A DNA stretch of 64,000 nt from contig CAWUSE010000023.1 of NCBI GenBank assembly GCA_963925805.1, positions 65,098 through 129,097 of the forward strand, in the 5' to 3' direction. Source of the stretch: an uncultured Acidimicrobiales bacterium. GTDB taxonomy: Bacteria > Actinomycetota > Acidimicrobiia > Acidimicrobiales > UBA10347. The notes under the pieces are model-generated. The model saw nothing but the letters and a program-made list of their open reading frames with translations. It was not told the origin of the DNA and ran no database searches. Positions within the stretch are counted from its first letter, which is position 1. Every line of letters starts with the position of its first letter. This document shows, piece after piece, positions 56,894 through 64,000 of the stretch. The position numbers and the translations under genes were made by a program.

Positions 56894-59563
56894 GTGGCAA
56901 AACTGATGCTGATTGACGGTCATTCATTGACCTACCGAGCGTTTTTTGCGCTCCCTGCTGACATGGCGACAACGAGTGGCCAAGTCACCAACGCTGTTTT
57001 CGGATTCACGTCGATGCTCATAAACCTGTTGCGTGACCACAAGCCGGATCGCTTGGCCGTCGCGTTCGACTTGCCCGAGCCGACCTTCCGCCACAAGAAG
57101 TACGACGATTACAAGGCCGGACGCACCGCTGCGCCTGACATCTTGCGACAACAACTTGGCCTGGTTCGTGAGTTGGTTGATGCTCTCGCTGTACCGGTCT
57201 TGGAACTATCTGGTTTCGAGGCCGACGACATCATCGCCACGCTTGCGACACGAGCCAAGGAAGCAGGTGACGATGTGATCGTGGTTACCGGTGACCGCGA
57301 TGCGTATCAGCTCGTCGAAGACCCTCATGTCAAGGTCCTCTACAACAAGCGAGGCGTGAGCGACTATGCCTTTTACGACGAAGCCGGAATCTTCGAACGG
57401 ACCGGTGTACGCCCCAAGGACTATGTCCATTACGCCGCGTTACGTGGCGACAAGTCCGACAACCTCGAAGGTGTGCTCGGCGTCGGCGAGAAGACAGCAG
57501 CCAAGCTGATTAATAAATACGGCGACATCGAAGGCATCTACGCACACATCGATGAACAGACGCCCAAGCTGCGAGAGAATCTGGCCACGTACCGAGAGAA
57601 TGTGGATCGCAATCTTGAAATGATGCCGCTGGTGCTCGATGTTCCTATCGAGGCCAAAATTGACGATCTGCAGATCGGTGGCATCGATGCCGAAGAGGTC
57701 CGGCGGCTTTTTGACTTCCTCGAGTTCCGAGCACTTTATGACCGCCTGACTGGAGTCTTGGACTTCGACAGTGGGGCTGCGATGGGCGATGTCGAGGTGA
57801 TCGAAGCGGAGGTGACGGTGCCAGACACCGTCGTCGAAGCTGTCTCTGCTCTTCACGCTCTGCCGCTCGTCGGGCCTGTCGGGGTGGCGGGTCATGTAAG
57901 TGACAATGGTGAACTTCAGGGCCTAGCCGTCACGAGCGATCCAGTATCTGGCGAGGTGCTGTGGCTGAGTGCTGCATTGCTCGCTGACGAGTCGGTCGCT
58001 GCCGCAGTCCAACAGACGGTGGGCAGTCCGACCACCGACCTATGTGGACACGACATCAAGCCGGCCATGCGGGCGCTTTTCGACTTGGGAATCGATCTGC
58101 CCGGGTTGGCTATGGATACGGCGCTTGCCGCTTACCTACTTGATCCGGCTGAGCCGTCCTATCCACTTGAGGGCCTGTTGCAACGATTCGCGTCGTTGCA
58201 GCTGCCCGACGGTGACGCTGCACCCGAAGGACAGCTCGACTTTGGTGAGGACTCGGTCGACGATGCGCTGTTGACTGGAAGGCGGGCGCTCGGTATCGCT
58301 CGTGTCGTCGAGCCGATCCGAGAATCGTTGGAAGAACTTGGCTTGACCAAGCTGAATACCGAAATCGAGGTCCCACTGATTCGTGTGCTGGCCAAGATGG
58401 AGCATCTGGGGGTGGGTGTGGATGTTGCCGAACTCACCAAGATGCGCGACGATCTGACCAAAGAGTGCGACCGGCTACGTGAGGCGACTATCGAAGCCGC
58501 AGGCGAAGACTTCAACATCAACTCGACGAAGCAGTTGCGGGAGGTTCTGTTCGAGAAGCTCGGTCTGACCCCGCAGAAGAAGACCAAGACCGGCTACTCG
58601 ACCGATGCAGCGACGTTGGAAAAGCTGCGAGGTGACCACCCGATGGTCGAACTGTTGCTGCAATATCGAGAAGTTGAGAAGCTCCGGTCGACCTACGGCG
58701 AGGGACTCGTCGCGGAGGTAGGGCCAGGCGATCGAATTCGGGCGACCTTCAATCAGACCGTTGCTCGAACTGGCCGCCTCAGTAGCGACCAACCCAATTT
58801 GCACAACATCCCGGTTCGGTCAGAACGCGGCCGAAACTTCCGGCGTGCCTTCGTGGCTGGCGACGGCAAGACGCTGCTCATCGCGGACTACAACCAGATT
58901 GAGCTGCGCTGCATCGCACATCTCGCAGAAGATCCAGGCCTGATCGGAGCGTTCGAGGCGGGCCACGACATACACAACGCGACTGCGGCTCGTGTCTTCG
59001 ATATTAAGCCTGAAGACGTCACTGTTGAGCAACGATCCAAAGCCAAAATGGTTAGTTATGGGCTGGCTTATGGGATGGAGTCTTACGGCCTGGGCCAGAG
59101 ACTTGGCATACCCACCAACGAAGCCCAAGTCATTCTCGACGCGTACTTCGAAGCTTTCCCGGCCGTGCGCCAATATATGGACGACACTGTCGCCGAGGCC
59201 CGCCAACGCGGCTACACCGAAACTCTATTCGGACGGCGCCGTCAGATTCCAGAACTCAGCTCGTCGAACTTCCGGATCCGTCAAGCTGGTGAACGCCAGG
59301 CCATGAATGCAGGAATCCAAGGTTTAGCCGCCGATATTTTCAAGGTCGCGCTTGTCGAACTCGACAAAGGTCTCGACGAGAGCGGTCTCGAGGCCAAAGT
59401 CATTTTGCAGGTACACGACGAAGTGGTGCTCGAGACCCCACCCGCCGAACTGGACGCAACCCGGGACCTAGTTGTCAAGGTGATGGCCAACGCATTCGAT
59501 CTACGAGTCCCACTTGACGTAAACCTGGCCGACGGCCCAACTTGGGCGGCTGGAAAGGGCTAG
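56894..59563 (+). CDS. polA: DNA polymerase I
   Basis: 5' nuclease LIDGHSLTYRAFFA, and polymerase motifs DYNQIELR, RSKAKMVSYGLAYG, and QVHDEVV. Confidence 0.96.
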   Translation: MAKLMLIDGHSLTYRAFFALPADMATTSGQVTNAVFGFTSMLINLLRDHKPDRLAVAFDLPEPTFRHKKYDDYKAGRTAAPDILRQQLGLVRELVDALAVPVLELSGFEADDIIATLATRAKEAGDDVIVVTGDRDAYQLVEDPHVKVLYNKRGVSDYAFYDEAGIFERTGVRPKDYVHYAALRGDKSDNLEGVLGVGEKTAAKLINKYGDIEGIYAHIDEQTPKLRENLATYRENVDRNLEMMPLVLDVPIEAKIDDLQIGGIDAEEVRRLFDFLEFRALYDRLTGVLDFDSGAAMGDVEVIEAEVTVPDTVVEAVSALHALPLVGPVGVAGHVSDNGELQGLAVTSDPVSGEVLWLSAALLADESVAAAVQQTVGSPTTDLCGHDIKPAMRALFDLGIDLPGLAMDTALAAYLLDPAEPSYPLEGLLQRFASLQLPDGDAAPEGQLDFGEDSVDDALLTGRRALGIARVVEPIRESLEELGLTKLNTEIEVPLIRVLAKMEHLGVGVDVAELTKMRDDLTKECDRLREATIEAAGEDFNINSTKQLREVLFEKLGLTPQKKTKTGYSTDAATLEKLRGDHPMVELLLQYREVEKLRSTYGEGLVAEVGPGDRIRATFNQTVARTGRLSSDQPNLHNIPVRSERGRNFRRAFVAGDGKTLLIADYNQIELRCIAHLAEDPGLIGAFEAGHDIHNATAARVFDIKPEDVTVEQRSKAKMVSYGLAYGMESYGLGQRLGIPTNEAQVILDAYFEAFPAVRQYMDDTVAEARQRGYTETLFGRRRQIPELSSSNFRIRQAGERQAMNAGIQGLAADIFKVALVELDKGLDESGLEAKVILQVHDEVVLETPPAELDATRDLVVKVMANAFDLRVPLDVNLADGPTWAAGKG

Positions 59564-59734
59564 CGCTTGTTTTCAGCAACTATCCTGTCTGCGTCGATGA
59601 GGTGCGAGGTGCAAAGCCCCGAGAGACTTTTAGGAAATTCCAGCGTTATCACCCCCTATGTCAGCTTGAGCCACAGGTCAGTATCGACAGACGTCCGAAC
59701 TCTGCACGGTTGCGGAGCAGGCGCTGCTTACCAA

Positions 59735-59827
59735 CCCTTTGTGTCACAACCCTTTGTGTCACCCTTTGTGTCAGACACAGATGGTTACACCCTTTGTGTC
59801 AGACACAGATGGTTAGACACAGATGGT
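59735..59827. repeat. Composite repeat array: 4x CCCTTTGTGTCA and 3x GACACAGATGGT, forming two tandem 28-bp units each centred on the palindrome TGTGTCAGACACA
   Basis: Left half-site at 59735, 59750, 59762 and 59790. Right half-site at 59774, 59802 and 59816. Palindromes at 59767-59779 and 59795-59807. The array ends about 40 nt upstream of ppnP. Confidence 0.9.
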
Positions 59828-59869
59828 GAGTTGGTGGGATTGGAGTCGACAAGAGGACACGTCGCTAAG

Positions 59870-60160
59870 ATGCGCTCCGTGTTGCAGGTAAACGAGTATT
59901 TCGATGGCGGGGTGAAGTCGATTGGGTTCCAGGGACCCGAGATGGCGTCATCCGTTGGTGTGATGGCGCCGGGGGAGTACGAGTTCGGTACCAGCCAGAA
60001 CGAAGTCATGACCGTGATCAGTGGTGAGCTTTTAGTGCGACTGCCAGAGGCAGATCACTACCAGCCGTTCCTCGCCGGCGACTCGTTTGAGGTTGCCGCA
60101 AACCAGAGCTTCGAGCTCAAGGTTGCAACTGACACCGCCTACCTTTGCACCTACGCCTAG
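59870..60160 (+). CDS. ppnP: Pyrimidine/purine nucleoside phosphorylase PpnP (DUF1255)
   Basis: [14 protein letters not shown]...[27 protein letters not shown]...AYLCTY closely parallels E. coli PpnP as I remember it. The upstream 100 codons of the listed ORF cover the repeat array and are not credited. Confidence 0.85.
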   Translation: MRSVLQVNEYFDGGVKSIGFQGPEMASSVGVMAPGEYEFGTSQNEVMTVISGELLVRLPEADHYQPFLAGDSFEVAANQSFELKVATDTAYLCTYA

Positions 60161-60534
60161 TTCGTGTTGAGGTTCAGCCCTCGGTGAAACAAGGAGCGTA
60201 AGCCACAAGATCTAGGACCCCGGATCGCTTCGTTACCCGCAAGCCACTCGCCGGAGCTCGGACGGCAATCGGGTAGCTCTTCGCATCGCCAGCCTTTGTT
60301 TTGGCCAATATGACATAGGCGGCTATCAGTCATGACGCTGCGACGGCACGGGTCCGAACTCGGTTTAGCCACTATGAGCGGGAAGAAGAGTTGCCGACCC
60401 GCCAGAGCCGAGTTGCACACCCGCAGAGCGAACGGGCCTGTGCTGCTATCACACCGTTTACTTGCGCCGTGCCACTTGATCCGGCCCGATCTAGATTGCT
60501 GTCGAACGGGTAGTGGTGGCGGGCGTTGCCGATG

Positions 60535-60558
60535 TCGGCGATTTCGGCGATTTCGGCA
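60535..60558. repeat. 9-bp tandem repeat (2.7 copies)
   Basis: TCGGCGATT, TCGGCGATT, then TCGGCA. Confidence 0.8.
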
Positions 60559-60881
60559 TAGATCAGCGAAATCTCTTACAGTTTCGGGAAGTTGCGTCTG
60601 AAACCTGCTCGCCACTTCCTTCTTGAAAAGCAATCAGGTGGGTCCGGACAGCAAGGAGGGGTCGTCGTATGCTCGGAAGGTGCGATGGAACATGGGTTGG
60701 CTGTGACTACTTAAGCCCCGAGAACCCATTGAGAACGGCAGAAACCTGAGTTGGTCTGTGAGGATCCGGCAAAGGCCGCATTGGTTGCATGGCAATAGGG
60801 TGAGGTTCCGGGCATCACACGTCTACTGGGGCGCCACCTCTTTCGAGAGGGACGCAGACGCAGTTAACGCCTCGACTTTGG

Positions 60882-62552
60882 TTGCCCCATCGTCATACTT
60901 TGACGAGTGACGCAGATAGCCTCTACACGCGGCGTGATTCATCGCTGCGCTCCCTATTCGATATCAGCAAACGAGATTCCGTGTCCGATACGACTATTCC
61001 CACCACACCAGAGCCAATTGCAGAAGAAGCTGCAGCCATTGTCGAAGCGCCCGAAGCAGAAGTAGTAGCTGTACAAGAGGCAGCCACCGAAGCAGCTCCC
61101 ATCGAAGAAGAGGCCGCTGAGGCAACTCCCGCCACTGATGCAGCTCCTGTTGTCGAGCCAGCACCAGCACCAGCGCCGGCGCCGGCGCCAACACCTGCCG
61201 ACGATGAATCAATGTTCGGCACCTTCGACGAAGAAGGTAACTACACGCCGCGCCAGATCGTTGCTGACGATATCTCGGATGCCGATCTCGATGCTGCCTA
61301 TGGCCAGACCTTCGTATCGGTCGAAGAAGGCCAGATGGTCAACGGCACCGTCGTTCGTATCGATGCCGACGAAGTCCTGCTAGACATCGGCTACAAGAGC
61401 GAGGGCGTTATCCCGGCTCGTGAGTTGTCGATCCGCAACGACGTCGACCCTCGCGAAGTCGTCTCCATGGGCGAGAGTATCGAGTCGCTTGTTCTTACCA
61501 AGGAAGACAAAGAGGGTCGCCTGATCCTCAGCCGCAAGCGTGCACAGTACGAACGTGCCTGGGGCAAGATCGAGCAGCTCAAAGAAGAAGACGGCATGGT
61601 CTCGGGACCAGTCATCGAGGTCGTCAAGGGCGGCCTGATCGTGGACATCGGCCTGCGTGGCTTCCTTCCCGCATCGCTGGTTGAGCTGCGTCGTGTTCGC
61701 GACCTCCAGCCTTACGTAGGACAGACACTCGAAGCCAAAATTATTGAGCTCGACAAGAACCGCAACAACGTTGTGCTGTCACGTCGTGCGTGGCTCGAAG
61801 AGACGCAGAAAGAACAGCGCGAAGAGTTCCTAGACAATCTCAAGCCAGGCGAAGCTCGCAAGGGCATCGTCAGTTCGGTCGTGAACTTCGGTGCATTCGT
61901 CGACCTTGGCGGCATGGACGGACTCATCCACGTTTCCGAACTCTCTTGGAAGCACGTTGATCACCCAAGCTCTGTTGTGCAGGTTGGCGACGAAGTCGAC
62001 GTGCAGGTGCTTGAGGTCGACCTTGACCGCGAACGCATCAGCCTGTCGCTCAAGGCGACACAGCAAGACCCATGGCAGCAGTTCGCTGGTGCTCACAAGG
62101 TCGGCGAACTCGTCTACGGTCGCGTTACCAAGTTGGTCCCTTTCGGTTCGTTCGTCCAGGTTGGCGACAGCATCGAGGGTCTGGTTCACATCTCCGAGAT
62201 GTCAGCCCATCACGTCGATCTGCCAGAACAAGTTGTGTCACCGGGCGAAGAGCTCTGGGTCAAGATCATCGATCTCGACCTACAGCGCCGCCGGATCAGC
62301 CTGTCGATCAAGCAGGCTGCCGAGGGTGGCGTCGTGGCCGCCGAGTACCAAGAGCACTTCGGTGAGCATGCGTACGACGACGAAGGTAACTACATCGGCG
62401 AAGTCGAAGCTGAGGAACGTGAACCGGCTGCAGTCGAACCGCTTTCAGCCGACATCGCTGCAGATATCGAAGCTGCGTACGCGCAGGTCCATGGCATGGA
62501 GACCGAGCTTGCACCAGCACCGGAGGCCCCAACTACTCCTCCTGGCGCTTAG
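60882..62552 (+). CDS. rpsA: 30S ribosomal protein S1 with an Ala/Glu/Pro-rich N-terminal extension (start uncertain: TTG 60882, GTG 60992 or ATG 61211)
   Basis: Four S1 domains (GTVVRIDADEVLLDIGYKSEGVIPARE, GPVIEVVKGGLIVDIG.RGFLPAS, KGIVSSVVNFGAFVDLGGMDGLIHVSE, and GRVTKLVPFGSFVQVGDSIEGLVHISE), plus an acidic C-terminal tail. Confidence 0.93.
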   Translation: MPHRHTLTSDADSLYTRRDSSLRSLFDISKRDSVSDTTIPTTPEPIAEEAAAIVEAPEAEVVAVQEAATEAAPIEEEAAEATPATDAAPVVEPAPAPAPAPAPTPADDESMFGTFDEEGNYTPRQIVADDISDADLDAAYGQTFVSVEEGQMVNGTVVRIDADEVLLDIGYKSEGVIPARELSIRNDVDPREVVSMGESIESLVLTKEDKEGRLILSRKRAQYERAWGKIEQLKEEDGMVSGPVIEVVKGGLIVDIGLRGFLPASLVELRRVRDLQPYVGQTLEAKIIELDKNRNNVVLSRRAWLEETQKEQREEFLDNLKPGEARKGIVSSVVNFGAFVDLGGMDGLIHVSELSWKHVDHPSSVVQVGDEVDVQVLEVDLDRERISLSLKATQQDPWQQFAGAHKVGELVYGRVTKLVPFGSFVQVGDSIEGLVHISEMSAHHVDLPEQVVSPGEELWVKIIDLDLQRRRISLSIKQAAEGGVVAAEYQEHFGEHAYDDEGNYIGEVEAEEREPAAVEPLSADIAADIEAAYAQVHGMETELAPAPEAPTTPPGA

Positions 62553-62569
62553 TTCCTAACTAACTCGCT

Positions 62570-62611
62570 AAACAGCCCCCGAGCTTTGGCTCGGGGGCTG
62601 TTTGCGTTTTC
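62570..62611 (+). terminator. Rho-independent terminator of rpsA
   Basis: AAACAGCCCCCGAGC, loop TTTG, GCTCGGGGGCTGTTT, then GCGTTTTC. The stem is a perfect 15 bp. Confidence 0.9.
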
Positions 62612-62664
62612 AGTCATGTTTCATGGAGCACGAGTATTTTCGCTGCCGCCAGTAGAATCAGGCG

Positions 62665-63438
62665 ATGGCCGCAGTAGCTGGCAGCGTGATCATGCTCGGC
62701 TGTGAGCATGCCCGATATGGACAGGTCGACGCGGTCAGCGTCTCGCCGAGACTCGCGGCGGCGATTAGCGTCGGGGCAGACGAGCATTCGCCGAGTCTGC
62801 AATTCAAGGGAGCGGTTGAGGTACCAAACGAGGATGCGCTGTTGGCTTTCGAAGATGGGCCCGTAGTCATGCTCGCTGTCGCCGACGCACACTTCGGACA
62901 TGAGTCGAGTCACCAACTGATTTCCGGGATCGCACGCCTGGTCCAGTACGGACTACCCGCAAGCGTGGAAGCACTCGTCGAGATCTTCGCCACGATTGGA
63001 GCAGGAACGGCGACAATGACCGAGTCTGAGAGCACACTGCTTGTAGCGGTTCTCGACCGAGAGCACAACGAGGGGTTCGGTATAAGCTACGGCGACTCGA
63101 CGCTGGCGCTCGTAGGTCCCTCGGGTTTCCGACAGGCCAATGTGCCGGATACGACCTATGTGAACGCTGACTCTTTCTTGCGGCGCCAGCGAGGGATGGA
63201 GTTCGAGTTCGCCAGCCGTCCTGGTGATGTGATGGTGATGCACACCGATGGCGTCGACGAATGCCATTACCGCAATCCAGATTCTTCGATACGACCGGCA
63301 CACATCATCGAATTGGTCGACCGTTTTGGAGTGAATCCGGCGATGCTGGCAACCAAGGTCGCCGAATGTGCGCTTGCTGGGGTTGACGGAAACCCAGGTG
63401 GCCAAGACAATATTGCGGTCGTTGTGGCGAGTTGTTAG
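62665..63438 (+). CDS. PP2C/SpoIIE-family protein phosphatase-like protein
   Basis: VPNEDALL, LAVADAHFGHESS (in place of ADGMGGH), VMVMHTDGVDE, and GGQDNIAVVVAS. Confidence 0.65.
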   Translation: MAAVAGSVIMLGCEHARYGQVDAVSVSPRLAAAISVGADEHSPSLQFKGAVEVPNEDALLAFEDGPVVMLAVADAHFGHESSHQLISGIARLVQYGLPASVEALVEIFATIGAGTATMTESESTLLVAVLDREHNEGFGISYGDSTLALVGPSGFRQANVPDTTYVNADSFLRRQRGMEFEFASRPGDVMVMHTDGVDECHYRNPDSSIRPAHIIELVDRFGVNPAMLATKVAECALAGVDGNPGGQDNIAVVVASC

Positions 63439-63515
63439 TAGTGGATCGGCCTAGCGTTTGGCCGAGATGGTGTAGCTACAGAGCGGTGCTGTTACCAGCG
63501 AATGAAGAGCACCCT

Positions 63516-63995
63516 CTAACGACCATTCGATGAGTCCGATGTGCGTTGCTGTCGCAACATCTTTACTGATTGAGTGCCCACGCGATTGGTGATTCGCGAG
63601 ACGACTACGAATCCGTGCCGTTCATAGAGCGCGACTGCAGGGTTCGAGGCACGTGCGGTGAGCACAATTTGAGGTAGGCCTTGATTGTCGGCGAGCAGAA
63701 GGATGCGCTCCAAAAGTTGGGACCCGATGCCGCTTCCGGTCATGTCTGGCTCGACCGAGATCACTAACTCGGGTGTGGCGTCGTCAACGAAGGTCACATC
63801 TTGTTGCTCGTGACCAGTCATGTTTCGGAGCCAGCACGCCCCGATTGGTGTGAGACCTGAGGTACGAGCGATCAACCCGAGGTCGCCCTTGCGTGTGCCC
63901 CATGCATCGAGGTGCCTGATTAGATCAGGGTTCTTCTGCATGTCGGCGATCGTCACGCCGTGTTCATGATGAGTGTGCGATGCGTAATACAACAT
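63516..63995 (-). CDS. GNAT-family N-acetyltransferase
   Basis: VEPDMTGSGIGSQLLERIL, and NPAVALYERHGF. Confidence 0.8.
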   Translation of the reverse strand: MLYYASHTHHEHGVTIADMQKNPDLIRHLDAWGTRKGDLGLIARTSGLTPIGACWLRNMTGHEQQDVTFVDDATPELVISVEPDMTGSGIGSQLLERILLLADNQGLPQIVLTARASNPAVALYERHGFVVVSRITNRVGTQSVKMLRQQRTSDSSNGR

Positions 63996-64000
63996 GTGCC

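Noticed and set aside
59735-59827. A CRISPR array.
   Set aside because: The repeats are 12-28 bp, directly abutting or overlapping, with no unique spacers. No cas genes are nearby.
60157-60633. A 158-aa minus-strand ORF downstream of ppnP.
   Set aside because: It has Arg/Cys/Pro-rich composition (RNRRNRRHRQRPPPLP), no motif, and no ribosome-binding site. I treat it as non-coding within the long rpsA upstream region.

Overview
This is a high-GC, Actinomycetota-type chromosomal segment, possibly Acidimicrobiia-like, though I cannot confirm the taxon without a search. It is almost entirely housekeeping. Reading left to right:
- End of the dcw cluster: murG tail, a fused murC-murB, ftsQ, ftsZ, pgeF, yggS, sepF and a DivIVA-like gene.
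- ileS, a DksA/TraR-like gene, lspA and rluD.
- An Rrf2 regulator, an alkaline-phosphatase-superfamily protein and the proteasome activator Bpa (C-terminal GQYL).
- dnaE, then menA/menG and rlmN.
- A his operon (hisDCBHAF) running straight into a trp operon (trpE..C..F-B-A) that is interrupted by non-trp genes.
- A five-gene peptide ABC transporter.
- A SigH/RsrA-type sigma/anti-sigma pair, then HU.
- A fab cluster: fabZ, then fabD-fabH-fabG-acpP-fabF on the minus strand.
- tRNA-Leu(CAA), pdtaR, polA, ppnP and rpsA.

I saw no transposase, integrase, CRISPR array or recognisable defence island.

The findings I rate highest:
1. The ORF-poor, more AT-rich gap between bpa and dnaE (about 15.1-16.6 kb). 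It holds a coiled-coil plus collagen-like (Gly-X-Y) gene. That gene reads through only with a -1 shift at a canonical C_CCA_AAG heptamer and three in-frame TGA codons, one of them exactly at a Gly position of the repeat.
2. A GroES/Cpn10-fold protein wedged between hisF and trpE whose C-terminus (GLYL) mimics the GQYL/HbYX proteasome-docking tail of Bpa.
3. FabD carrying a lysine-less biotinyl/lipoyl-like C-terminal domain.
4. An orphan structured RNA with a strong intrinsic terminator upstream of the his operon.
5. Palindrome and repeat arrays upstream of the opp operon and of ppnP.

All functional calls come from reading the translated motifs by eye. No database search was run.
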